From positions 198,836,001 to 198,900,000 of the forward strand of contig NC_086100.1 in NCBI RefSeq assembly GCF_963921235.1: a DNA stretch of 64,000 nucleotides, in the 5' to 3' direction. Both the position numbers and the translations under genes were made by a program. The stretch comes from Mobula hypostoma. Its lineage: Eukaryota. Within the stretch, counting starts at the first letter, position 1. Every line of letters begins with the position of its first letter. This document shows positions 12,931 to 25,376 of this stretch, piece by piece. The notes beneath the pieces are model-generated. The model made no database searches and was not told the origin of the DNA. It was given only the letters and a program-made list of their open reading frames with translations.

Positions 12931-13055
12931 CTGTAGGCGGCGATCTCGATGTCCAGAGCCATCTTGACGTTGAGCAGGTCCTGGTATTCCCTCAGGTACC
13001 GCGCCATCTCCTGCTTCGCCTCGTGGATCTCCTTCTCCAGTTCATTGATGCGGTC
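12931..13055 (-). CDS. NEFL: NEFL-like gene, coding exon 3 (coil 2B)
   Basis: 125-nt exon, ctcAG / GTAGTG; reads [42 protein letters not shown]. Same boundaries as the second exon of canonical neurofilament genes. Confidence 0.93.
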
Positions 13056-15223
13056 CTGAGCGCAACACAACAGCCTTCACTCAGCGCTGTCGCAGGGAGA
13101 CCCGGGGGGGGGGGCGCACCATACCGCCAGCCCCCACAGCCCTCTGCCCCGCCTACCCACCACCCAGGCGGTCGGAGTCCAATCTCTGTCCCGCAACCGG
13201 GGCACGGAACTGAAAGCTGCAGTATAACGGGTGGTCAAAGCTCCCGACTCATCACCGGCACCGGCCGACCCGCCGGCAAGGACACAGATACAGAGAGGTG
13301 CCGGAAAAGAGCCAGTAACATCAGGAAGGATCCCACCCACCCTGCCCATGGACTGTCTGCCCCCACCCCCCGTCAGGGAGGAGGCTCCGTAGCATCCATG
13401 CCAGGACCACCAGACTCAAAAAGAGTTACTTCCACACCCCCCCCCCAGCAGTGAGGCTCCACCCACTAACCCACCCCCACCACCAATACTTCCTCATTTC
13501 CGATCACAGTCAAGTCCTGTACGGACACTCCTGTGCCCAGCGCCGCTTTATAGACATACAATCCATGCATATCGGCTATCTTGCGTATCTATATTAATTA
13601 TGTTCTTTTATTATTGTGTTCTCCATCTTATTGTGTGTGTTTTTGTGCTGCATCGGATCCGGAGTAACAATTATTTCATTCTCCTTTACACTTACGTACT
13701 GGAAATGACATTAAACAATCTTGAAATTGTGTATATATGCAGATCTATCTATCGATCGATCTCTCTCAGGTAAACATATAGCGGGAACCGGTTCCAACCG
13801 ATTTGATCGATAGATATAGAAACGGCTGAAAGTGATTCTGTATTCGTTCTGAATAATTTGAGTACAATTCCCCACCCCACCCCCGCCCCCTCTCGGCCTT
13901 CACCCTGACAGTGCCTTTGAACATCCTGCTGCAATGCGGTAGTGTTGGGGTGGGGTGGGTGGGTGGGGGTATTTTTCAACAAATGCCTGATGACGCCTCA
14001 TTTCTATCCTCCGCTTTTTAACCCCTTTATACACCTCCCTCCTCCCAGCAACACGAACAATGCCCAGGTTAACCACTCACCCTCCCCTACCTTCTACCGG
14101 CTCTGCACCAGACACAACCTGCCCGCTCACAGGGCCACCGGGAGCAATGCGGAGCTTCCCAGTCCCGAGAGCGCGTAGATTTCTTGTTTTAACTTACAGT
14201 ATTTTTTATGTTCCGCAATGTACTGCCGCCACGAAACATCAGATTTCACGACATATGCCAGTGAGAAGAGTAAACCTGATTCGGTTACTGTCGACTTCAG
14301 CACCCTCCCACTGACCTTCAAATGCCCCCACCTCCCGATAGAAGCACCGGTGTTTCCGCTCTGTCGCCCCTTTGCGCACTGCGTCTGCATCACCTCAGTG
14401 CGCTGCGGAGAAACATCCCAGACCCGTGCGTCTGTCCACCTTCCTCCGCGCACCAAACCTCTTGGCTTCGTCGATCACTTAACCCTTCTCCTAAAGCCGC
14501 GCTGCTGCAGGGCAGACAACGCCTGCTTCTACCTGCCTCCCCGCGTCACTGAAGCCCCTCATGCTTGCCACTATCTTCTCCCGGCATCCACATCCACGCC
14601 GACGTCTGGACCCACCGCTCCCATCCTCCTTCCGTCCCCCACCTAGTCTCAGCAACTGGCTTCCCTCACATGGTCCTTGCCCAGATTACGCTGCCGCCTG
14701 GTGATTACCTACCAGGTCAGGGTGCGCCTGGCCCTTGCTCACCTGCCTGGCGCCTAGTGTTTACCGGCACAGGGACTGGATCCGATCTAGACCGACACAT
14801 CTGGACTGCCCCTTGCCCCCTCACCAGATTCTTGCCTACGTAGTATTGGCATCTGCCCTTCTACCTGGGATTAGTTCCCCTCGCGGGGTCCTTGCCCATC
14901 TGCCCTCTCATCTGGCACTGCCACCTGCGCCCTCACTTGGTCCGGTCAGGCCAGCTCTCGCTGACAACTCCCAGCCCGCACATGCAGGCACTTGCCACTC
15001 TCCGCCCAGCTAATGGCGTTCCAGACTCATGACCTGCAGCCTATTTGACCCCAGCTCTCAGTCACAGTCCTTGATCTAACCAGACAGCTCAACCAGCTGA
15101 TCCAGGCTCTCACTCACCCTGTGTCTAGTATCTGTTCTCGCGGGCTTTGTGGCCCCTCGTGGCTTGCGGTCTATTATTTAGCTCTGCTTTTGGACCAAGC
15201 GCCTTATCACGCTGCACCCTCAC

Positions 15224-15737
15224 CTGGTACTTGCCAACCTCCTTGGCTTGCCGCTCCTCCAGGCTCTCCAGCTGTTTCTGCAGGGAGTCGATGACACTGC
15301 GGAGCCCGTCGATCTCGGAGCGGCGAGACTGCAGCAGCCGGTGGTATTCGGCCGTCTCCTCGCGGATGGAGCGCACCGCTTGGCTGTTGCGGCTCGCCAG
15401 CTCGGAAACGGTGGCGAACTTGGTGCGGTACCAGTCCTCGGCCGCCTGCATGTTCTTGTGCGCCAGCTTCTCGTATTGGCAGCGGATCTCCCGCAAGGCC
15501 ACCGACAGGTCGGGCTTGGCTACCTCCACCTCCACGGTCAGGTGCGCCGCCTGGATCTGCGCCGCCAGTTCGGCACTTTCCTCGCCGTGCACCTTCTTTA
15601 GGAAAGCGATCTCCTCCACCAGCGAGCTGATGGAGCCCTCCAAGTCGCTGTTGGCCAGGAGCACCTTGTCGGCGCTCTCCCGCGCCTTCTGCAGCTCGCC
15701 TTCGGCCTCCATGCGGAGCCTCACCTCCTCCTCGTAC
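15224..15737 (-). CDS. NEFL: NEFL-like gene, coding exon 2 (coil 1B to coil 2)
   Basis: ctttAG / GTGAGG; reads YEEEVRLRMEAEG...EEIAFLKKVH...KPDLSVALREIRCQYEKLAHKNMQAAEDWY...VGKYQ, co-linear with the NF-L rod. Confidence 0.93.
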
Positions 15738-15754
15738 CTAAAGTCAGAGAGTCA

Positions 15755-16120
15755 GAGAACACTACAGCACACAAGCAGGTTCTTCGACCCATCTAGTCCA
15801 TGCCGAAGCAATAGTCTGCATAGTCCCATTGACGCACACCCGGACCTTAGATCTCGCATCCATCTACCTACCCAAACATCGCTAAAACATTGCAATCCAC
15901 GGCATCGCGTTTAACACTCTGAGTTTAGTTCCCCCTCTGCTTCCCTTAAATATTTCCCCTCTAAACCCATGACCTCCATTTTTAGTCTCGTGTATCCTCA
16001 GTGCAAAACGCCTGCTTGCATTTACCCTCTCTGTACCCAACATAATTTTGTACATGTCAATCGATTCTCCCCTCATTCTCCAACGCTCCAGGTAATAAAG
16101 TCCTAGTTTATTCAACCACC
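15755..16120 (-). mobile_element. Decayed CR1 3' fragment filling most of NEFL-like intron 1
   Basis: LNKLGLYYLERWRMRGESIDMYKIM...GHGFR remnant and a CR1-type 3' UTR. Confidence 0.75.
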
Positions 16121-16170
16121 CCCCCCCCAGTCCCGACAACAGCTCTGTGCGTTTTCCCTGAACTCTCTAC

Positions 16171-16664
16171 CTTTCCTTGGCCTGCCCGTAGACATCACGG
16201 AGGCGCTCCCTTTCCGCTTCCATCCTGGCCTTCTCGGCGCTCTCGGCATCCACCAGCGCCCTCAGTCCCCGGATCTCCTCCTCGTAGATCTGGTGCAGGC
16301 GGGACGGGTCGCTCTGTTTCTGGCGGAGCGCCTCCAGCTCCACCAGCAGCACCTTGTTCTGCTGCTCCAGGAAGTGCACCTTCTCGATGTAGGTGGCGAA
16401 GCGGTCGTTGAGGTCCATCAGCTGCTCCCGCTCCTGGGCGCGCAGAGTCAGCAGCTCGGCGTTCAGGCTGCTCACCTGGGCCAGGTCCACCCGCTCGGCG
16501 AGCTCGGGCAGCGAGGACACCGAGCTAGTGCGCACTGAGCGCTTGGGGGTGCTCGAGCGGTGCACGGTGTACAGGCTGGAGGAGATGCTGGACTTGGCGG
16601 TGCGGCCATAGCGGTGGTCTTCCCAAGGTTTCCGCAGGGGGCTGAAAGGGTCGTAGGCGCTCAT
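16171..16664 (-). CDS. NEFL: NEFL-like gene, coding exon 1 (Ser/Arg-rich head, coil 1A-1B); joined CDS is 1194 nt, 397 aa
   Basis: ATG at 16664. DLAQVSSLN...EREQLMDLNDRFATYIEKVHFLEQQNKVLLVELEALRQKQSDPSR..YEEEIR resembles NF-L. Phase-2 donor AG|GTAGAG at 16170. Divergent, so probably a paralog rather than the NEFL ortholog. Confidence 0.92.
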
Positions 16665-16780
16665 CGTGTCTCCGGGTTTCTCCTCGTTCTCTCTTGCTCC
16701 TTCTGGGTCCCTCCTGATCTTTCCCGCTCCCTCCGCACTGCGCCAAAGTCACCGCACCAGCGCAATGCCCCGTGTGCTCC

Positions 16781-16879
16781 TATTTATGGAGCGAGGGGCA
16801 GAGGAGGCGGGCCCTCTCTCGAGCTTCTCCTCCGAGAGTGGGCAGAGGCTCCTTATTGATCCATCGACCGACCAATCAG
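16781..16879 (-). promoter_or_regulatory. Putative core promoter of the NEFL-like gene
   Basis: TATA-like CATAAATA (-) at 16788-16781, about 120 nt upstream of the ATG; GC-box-like GAGGCGGG near 16804; NF-Y-type GACCAATCAG at 16870-16879. Confidence 0.55.
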
Positions 16880-17071
16880 AAGAAAGTCCGCATTCTGGAC
16901 ACTGTGGTTCACAATTAAATATCAGCAAAAAAAAGTGACGAGGGAGGGTGTGGAAAATAAAACAAACGGGATCGTGGTGGAGGCGTGGGGTAGGATTTTA
17001 ACCTTAAACGCAAGAGGTTAAGGGTCTTGGCCCTAAACGTCGACTGTTTATTCTTCTCCGTAGATGCTGTC

Positions 17072-18685
17072 AATAGACAATAGGTGCAGGAGTAGACCAT
17101 TCGGCCCTTCGAGCCAGCACCGCCATTCACTGTGATCATGGCTGATCATCCACAATCAGTATCCAGTTCCTGCCTTATCCCCATAACCTTTGATTCCGCT
17201 ATCTCTAAGAGCTCTATCCATCTCTTCCTTGAAAGCATCCAGAGGCTTGGCCTCCACAGCCTTCTGGGGCACAGCATTCCATATATCCACCACTCTCTGG
17301 GTGAAAAAGTTTTTCCTCAACTCCGTTCTAAATGGCCTACCCCTAATTCTTAAACTGTGGCCTCTGGTTCTGGACTCCCCCATCAGGGGGAACATGCTTC
17401 CTGCCTCTAGCGTGTCCAATCCCTTAATAATCTTATATGTTTCAATCAGATCCCCTCTCATCCTTCTAAATTCCAGTGTATACAAGCCCAGTCGCTCCAG
17501 TCTTTCGACATATGACAGTCCCGCCATCCCGGGAATTAACCTCGTGAACCTACGCTGCACTCCCTCAATAGCATGAATGTCCTTCCTCAAATTTGGAGAC
17601 CAAAACTGCACACAGTACTCCAGGTGTGGTCTCACCAGGGCCCTGTACAACTGCAGAAGGACCTCTTTGCTCTTAGACTCAATTCCCCTTGTTATGAAGG
17701 CCAGCATGCCATTAGCTTTCTTCACTGCCTGCTGTACCTGCATACTTACTTTAAGTGACTGATGTACGAGAACACCTAGATCTCGTTGTACTTCCCCTTT
17801 TCCTAAATCGACTCCATTTAGATAATAATCTGCCTTCCTGTTCTTGCCACCAAAGTAGATAACCTCACATTTATCCACATTAAACTGCATCTGCTATGCT
17901 TCTGCCCACTCACTCAGCCTGTCCAAGTCACCCTGCATTCTCATAGCATCCTCCTCACATTTCACACTGCCACCCAGCTTTGTGTCAGCTGCAAATTTGC
18001 TAATGTTACTTTTAATTCCCTCATCTAAATCATTAATATATATTGTAAACAGCTGTGGTCCGAGCACTGAACCCTGCGGTACCCCACTGGTCACCGCCTG
18101 CCATTCTGAAAGGGACCCGTTAATCGCTACTCTTCGTTTTCTGTCAGCCAGCCAATTTTCAATCCATGTCAGTACTCTGCCCCCAATACCATGTGCCCTA
18201 ATTTTGCCCACTAATCTCCTATGTGGGACTTTATCAAAGGCTTTCTGAAAGTCCAGGTACACTACATCCACTGGCTCTCCCTTGTCTATTTTCATAGTTA
18301 CATCCTCAAAAAATTCCAGAAGATTAGTCAAACACGATTTCCCCTTCGTGAATCCATGCTGACTCAGACCAATCCTGTTACTGCTATCCAGATGTGTCGT
18401 ATTTTCATCTTTTATAATTGACTCCAGCATCTTTCCCACCACTGACGTCAGGCTAACCGGTCTATAATTCCCTGTTTTCTCTCTCCCTCCTTTCTTGAAA
18501 AGTGGGACAACATTAGCCACTCTCCAATCCACAGGAACTGATCCTGAATCTATAGAACATTGGAAAATGATTACCAATGCGTCCACGATTTCTAAAGCCA
18601 CCGCCTTAACTACCCTGGGATGTAGACTATCAGGTCCAGGGGACTTATCAGCCTTCAGACCCAACAGTCTATCCAACACTATTTC
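17072..18685 (-). mobile_element. 5'-truncated CR1-clade LINE (RT region), inserted into a Penelope-derived fragment
   Basis: ORFs 18679-17894 and 17890-17156 are in one frame, split by a single TAG. Motifs NYRPVSLTS, DFQKAFDKV, GVPQGSVLGP; FAAD replaces FADD. Candidate TSD CTGTC at 17067-17071 and 18686-18690. Confidence 0.93.
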
Positions 18686-20572
18686 CTGTCTGACTTGCTG
18701 TTTTCTTCCAGCATTTTGTGCGTGTTGCTCTGGATTCGACAGAATCTCCTGTTATCTCTTACCGATGAGTGTTTCTAGATGGGCCAAGTAGCCTAAATTG
18801 CTCCTATATCTTGTGGCCTAAATTGTTTTACACAGAGGGTGGTGGGAGCCGGTAATATGCTGCCAGCGGTGGTGATAGAGGCAGACACAGTGAGGACATA
18901 AAAGAGGCATTCAGACAGAAGATAGAGGGGGAATCTGGAGGCACGCTCAATCTGCTGGCAGCATCTCTGGGGGTGCAGCCAGATGGGATTAGTTAGGATG
19001 CTATCGCGGTCGGCACGGACACCGTGGGCCGAAAGGCCTGTTCCCGTGCTGGACTGTTCCGTACTCTGGAACAGAAAGTGGGCGCTGGTCGCTGCCTCCT
19101 GTGCCCGGCTCGGAGCTGAACATTCAGCCCATCGACCATAGAAGCACGGGAACAGGAACAAGCCACTCATGTTGCATTGGATCATGGAAAGGCCAATCGG
19201 CCCCTCGGGAAAATTCTAGCATTTAATTGGGTCAGTACAGTTTGCCTGTTCTTTCCCCCGTGCACCCCCCACCCTCCCGCACACACACACACACAATATC
19301 GGGGGCAGGGAAACAAGACTCCTGACACAGATTGCAGAACCCTTGCCGAAGCGGGGACACAGAACACAGAACGGTGCAGCACAGGAGCGGGGCCTTCCTA
19401 CGGTGGTGGCCGGCTGGCCAGGGTGATGCCTCGAGTGGGAGCACAGGTTCATTGGAGCAGGCCTCTACTCGCTGTCGCGGGAAATTAGCGGGATCTAAAT
19501 GATCACTGCTCAAGGGGACACGGGAGGGTTGTTCGCCTCCATCTGACTGCGCAGGGGTGGGGCAATCAAGAGTAAAATGAGGATAAGAAGTAGAATTAGG
19601 CCATTCAGCCCATCGAGTCTGCTCCACCATTCCATCATGGCTGATTTATTATCCCCCTAAACCCCATTCTTCTGCCGCCTTCTTGTAATCTTTGCTATCC
19701 TGACTAATCGATAACCTATCAATTTCTGCTTTAAATATACCCAATGACTTGGCCGCCACAGCCGTCTGTGGCAATTAATTCCACAGATTCAGCACCCTCT
19801 GGCTAAAGAAATACCTCCTCATTAATTCCCTCGCCAGAAGGGGTGAATTCTCTATCCGGGGAAGCTGTGTCTCAGTCACCGAGGTTCATTCGGAAAAGAG
19901 TCACACAGTACAGAAGCAGGCCCTTCGGCCCGTCTAGTCCAAACCGACCAAGATTCCCATCTAAGCCAGTCAGTCCAAAGTCCCCACGTTTATTCTGCAT
20001 CCTTGAAACCCTTTTCAATCCCTTTTCCAGTCCAGGTATTTCTCAAATGCTGTTAATGAACCTGCCGCAATCACTTCCTCTGGCAGCTCACTCCCTATCC
20101 TGACCACCTTCTGGGCGAAAATCCTCCCCCTCGGGTCCCCTTTAAATCACAAACACAAGAGATTCTGCAGCTGCTGGAAATCCAAAGCAACACACACAAA
20201 ATGTTGTCTTTTATTCACCTCTACAGATTCCGCTTGACCTGCTGAGTTCCTGCAGCATTTTACGTATGTCGATAGGGATCGATTCTTTTTCTTTCTCTGT
20301 TAAGGTAATGCAGGGAAAGATGATCAGCGGGAAGGGGCTGAGTAAGGAGATCGATAATAACCTTATTGACTGGGGCAGCAGGCGTCAAAGTAGTCAAAGT
20401 CAAAGTCACCAAGTCGGCACAAGTCCGCCTGTGCACGGATGAAATGAAAAGCTTACTCACAGACGCAGAGCGTCAGATGATGGTGATAATAATATCAGGA
20501 AATTTACAAAGAAAAGTAACATTTCAGAAAACATTGCGTACACCCAAATGCACTGAGATTAACACTACCTAG

Positions 20573-21665
20573 GACACAAGGGGGCAGAGGAAATACAGAC
20601 ATTAAAATTTTACACAACAGTCAGATAAAATTTCTAAGTATATATTTTCATCATCAAAAACAGGATTCAGCACTCCACGTGAGCAAATGCAATTCTGATA
20701 AGAAGTACACACCACGAAACTTAAATGGGAGTGGAATACAGAAAAATGAAGAAATTATCACTATAGAAGAAAATGTTAACCAATGGAAGAGTATGACCCT
20801 CCATGGAAGACAACCCCATGGTCTGAGCAGACGAGATGTCAACAAGGAAGCGTCGAACACATGGCTCAGAATTGGAGATCTCTTCACAGAAACAGAAGCG
20901 TTCCTTGTGCCAATACAAGCCCAAGTGGTAAACACAAAATAAATCAAAAATACATATAAAAGAACCAACAAATTAAAGATGATAAATGTAGAAAATGCCA
21001 AGAAAAACCAGAAACAATCCAACACATTACAGGATCCCGTAGCAGTTTAACTCAATCTGATTACTTACACAAGCACAATCAAGTGCCAAACATCATTCAC
21101 CAAGATCTTGCTTTAAAATACAAACTCATAAAAGAAATCACACCTTACTATAAATACAAACCTGATCCAGTTTTAGAATCAGAGTCCTACAAATTCTATT
21201 ATGACTGATCGATTATTACAGATAGGACAATCTATAATAACCATCTGGATATAATAATACAGGATAAACAAGCAAGGGCAACTTATTTCAAAGGTTTCAA
21301 AGGTACATTTAATGTCAGAGATAGAACTGAATAGATATAGCCATTCCAAACACAGATAACACACAGAAAACAATAAGTGAAAAAACTCCAGAAATATGCT
21401 GAATTAAAAGGGAAAATTGAAAGACTATGGAAAATGAACAGGGTATACATTGTCACTATAATATCTACAACTGGTATCATCCCCAAGTCACAACACAATA
21501 GCATTAAACTATTAGGGCTACACAGCAATATTTATGTGAATCTTCAGAGAGCCACAATACGAAACCCCGCTAGAATAGTCCGAAAGTTCCTAGCATTTGA
21601 GAAATAAACCTGCTTGTCTATGCCTATACCTCAAGTTTCACCAGTCTGATCTGAGAAAAAAATCA
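20573..21665 (+). mobile_element. Decayed R4/Dong-like non-LTR retrotransposon 3' part (CCHC knuckle plus restriction-like endonuclease)
   Basis: AT-rich block with frameshifted fragments WKSMTLHGR, SNTWL..GDLF.ETEAF..IQ.QVVNTK, DKCRKC...ETIQHITG, DIII.DK...IDIAIP, EKLQKYAEL...LWK, ISTTGIIPK. Confidence 0.75.
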
Positions 21666-22369
21666 GTAAGTATAATAATCGCACAGTTATAAGATCAAAT
21701 TTCAAAGTAAATTTATTATAAAAGTACATATATGTCACCATACACAACCCTGAGATTCATTTTCTTGAGGGCATACACAGTAAATCCATGAATCATAACA
21801 GAATCAATTAAAGACCGGACCAACAGGACGGACAAACAACCAATGTGCAAAAGACAACAAAAGAGAAAATAATTACGCAATAAATATCGAGAACAAGAAA
21901 TGAAGAGTCCTTGAGAGTGGGTCTATCCTGTAACACGCTGTAAGGTTTCACAGCTAAGGCTAACATAACGGCTTCTATGTAATGTTTCACTGCTAATGTA
22001 ATGGATTCTCTGTAGCAGCAATGTTTGGGTTGTGTCGAGAGATAACGGGGGCTTTGGAATGTATGTTATCCAATGGGAGAAATGTTGTTCTTTCTCGTGA
22101 GTCTGGAAGAGAGATTTTTGCAGTCTTTCGTCGGGGAGCGATGGAGAGAGAGGACGTGAATGGAGAAAGTCGGAGGACCACCGGACGGAGTGGACTGAGG
22201 AGCGAGGGTCCGAGGGTTCAAAAGTCCGAGTGTCCGAGGGTCGGCGACTCTCGGAGGTCGACGGGAACAAATGAACCAACAGTGAGCTCCAACGATGCAC
22301 AATAGACGTTTTCCTTAAAATGGGCCCTTTTGCTTTTTATTTTCTTTACTAACCTTCTATCCAGATTAA

Positions 22370-24343
22370 TAGAAACATAGAAACATAGAAACATAGAAAA
22401 TAGGTGCAGGAGTAGGCCATTCGGCCCTTCGAGCCTGCACCGCCATTTATTATGATCATGGCTGATCATCCAACTCAGAACCCAGCCTTCCCTCCATACC
22501 CCCTGACCCCTGTAGCCACAAGGGCCATATCTAACTTCCTCTTAAACATAGCCAATGAACTGGCCTCAACAGTTTGCTGTGGCAGAGAATTCCACAGATT
22601 CACCACTCTCTGTGTGAAGAAGTTTTTCCTAATCTTGGTCCTAAAAGGCTTCCCCTCTATCCTCAAACTGTGACCCCTCGTTCTGGACCTCCCCAACATC
22701 GGGAACAATCTTCCCGCATCTAGCCTGTCCAATCCCTTTAGGATCTTATACGTTTCAATCAGACCCCCCCTCAATCTTCTAAATTCCAACGAGTACAAGC
22801 CCAGTTCATCCAGTCTTTCTTCATATGAAAGACCTGCCATCCCAGGAATCAATCTGGTGAACCTTCTTTGTACTCCCTCTATGGCAAAGATGTCTTTCCT
22901 CAGATTAGGGGACCAAAACTGCACACAATACTCCAGGTGTGGTCTCACCAAGGCCTTGTACAACTGCAGTAGTACCTCCCTGCTCCTGTACTCGAATCCT
23001 CTCGCTATAAATGCCAGCATACCGTTCACCTTTTTCACCGCCTGCTGTACCTGCATGCCCACTTTCAATGACTGGTGTATAATGACACCCAGGTCTCGTT
23101 GCACCTCCCCTTTTCCTAATCGGCCACCATTCAGATAATAATCTGTTTTCCTATTTTTGCCACCAAAGTGGATAACTTCACATTTATCCACATTAAATTG
23201 CATCTGCCATGAATTTGCCCACTCACCCAACCTATCCAAGTCACCCTGCATCCTCTTAGCATCCTCCTCACTGCTAACACTGCCACCCAGCTTCGTGTCA
23301 TCCGCAAACTTGGAGATGCTGCACTTAATTCCCTCATCCAAGTCATTAATATATATTGTAAACAACTGGGGTCCCAGCACTGAGCCTTGCGGTACCCCAC
23401 TAGTCACCGCCTGCCATTCTGAAAAGGTCCCGTTTATTCCCACTCTTTGCTTCCTGTCTGCTAACCAATTCTCCACCCACACCAATACCTTACCCCCAAT
23501 ACCGTGTGCTTTAAGTTTGCACACTAATCTCCTGTGTGGGACCTTGTCAAAAGCCTTTTGAAAATCCAAATATACCACATCCACTGGTTCTCCCCTATCC
23601 ACTCTACTAGTTACATCCTCAAAAAATTCTATGAGATTCGTCAGACATAATTTTCCTTTCACAAATCCATGCTGACTTTGTCCGATCATTTCACCGCTTT
23701 CCAAATGTGCTGTTATCACATCCTTGACAACTGACTCCAGCAGTTTCCCCACCACCGACGTTAGGCTAACCGGCCTATAATTCCCCGGTTTCTCTCTCCC
23801 TCCTTTTTTAAAAAGTGGGGTTACATTAGCCACCCTCCAATCCTCAGGAACTAGTCCAGAATCTAACGAGTTTTGAAAAATTATCACTAATGCATCCACT
23901 ATTTCTTGGGCTACTTCCTTAAGCACTCTAGGATGCAGACCATCTGGCCCTGGGGATTTATCTGCCTTCAATCCCTTCAATTTACCTAACACCACTTCCC
24001 TGCTAACATGTATTTCACTCAGTTCCTCCATCTCACTGGACCCTCTGTCCCCTACTATTTCTGGAAGATTATTTATGTCCTCCTTAGTGAAGACAGAACC
24101 AAAGTAATTATTCAATTGGTCTGCCATGTCCTTGCTCCCCATAATCAATTCACCTGTTTCTGTCTGCAGGGGACCTACATTTGTCTTTATCAGTCTTTTC
24201 CTTTTTACATATCTATAAAAGCTTTTACAGTCCGTTTTTATGTTCTCTGCCAGTTTTCTCTCATAATCTTTTTTCCCCTTCCTAATTAAGCCCTTTGTCC
24301 TCCTCTGCTGAACTCTGAATTTCTCCCAGTCCTCAGGTGAGCC
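22370..24343 (-). mobile_element. Young 5'-truncated CR1-clade LINE with uninterrupted RT reading frame
   Basis: 557-aa ORF 24148-22475, whose frame stays open to the truncation point. Intact GVPQGSVLGP and FADD; (CTATGTTT)n tail. Confidence 0.96.
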
Positions 24344-25376
24344 AGTGGGTTGTGTGTTTAAATCTGTGCTGGTATGGATGCTTCTGAGGTGGAGCGGTGG
24401 TGCACCTCCGTGGGGTTACCGGTGACTAATGCGTGCGTGTTGAGTGGGGTGTTAATTCGATTTTTGAGTACGGTTAAAGTTGAAATTGTAGCGCGGAGAT
24501 TTGATAAAATGGCGGGCTCAGACCTTGTTTTAGTTCAGACTAGGGCTGACGTAACGGCGGTGGGACGGCCAGCGTCTATCGGTGCCCCAGCTGAGGCGGG
24601 GCCATGGTCTGTCCATACTGTCAGGGAGGAATAGAAGGTAGCCGAGCGGGCCGAGTCACAAGTTGAATTTCCTGCAGTTGGGGGCGGAGACTTCAAAGAC
24701 AGAGTTCTATCGTTTCTAAGGAGGCTTATGGGAGTCTGCAAGGAGAAGGTTGGGGAGAATTTTCTGGGGATATTGTCTGTGCATCTGGTGTTTCGAGCTG
24801 CTTTTGAGCAAGTGCGTGGCTGCATTGGTCCCGATACCGAATTTAAACGAGAGACTGTATGGTTCACCCAGTTGAAGCCAATGGTGGTACGGCCCGGGGA
24901 AGTAGCGAGAGTGATGGGAACCTCCAACTTTCCCGGAGTATCTGAGGGCGAAGCCCTCTGTTTTCGCTCCGGAAGACCTCGCGGGGGATGCCCCTGGCGC
25001 ACCTGTTCCTGGTGACGGTAATGTCCAGTGTTCCTGTGAGACAAGCCAAGGAAAAACTATATGAAAAATGGGGGAAGTTGACAGCGAAGATAGAGGCGGT
25101 TACCACTCCGCCAAGGCCCCAGACTGTGAGCGCTCTGCCCTCGTTCCTCGGGTTCTGTGGTATATGCTGCCTTTCGCTAACTCCCCATTGATTGAGGAAG
25201 AGACTCCCGGCCCTTCTCCCATTGAATTAGATGAGGGGGTGTGGAGATCTCAGAGAATTAGGAGACCCCCAGATAGGCTGGCCTACGTAGCCCCAGGGGA
25301 ACGGAGAGTGACCCCTACTGTGTTGGGGAGCTATGTCACTGCCTTTTACACCTGGATTTGGATTTGTGTTCTACAG

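Noticed and set aside
14296..14316. Possible REST/NRSE site in the NEFL-like gene
   Set aside because: Only the left half-site TTCAGCACC is present; the GGACAG half is missing.
22475..24148. 557-aa reverse transcriptase ORF as a host or domesticated gene
   Set aside because: It is a 5'-truncated CR1 copy with a retrotransposon tail and near-identical siblings; the open frame reflects youth.
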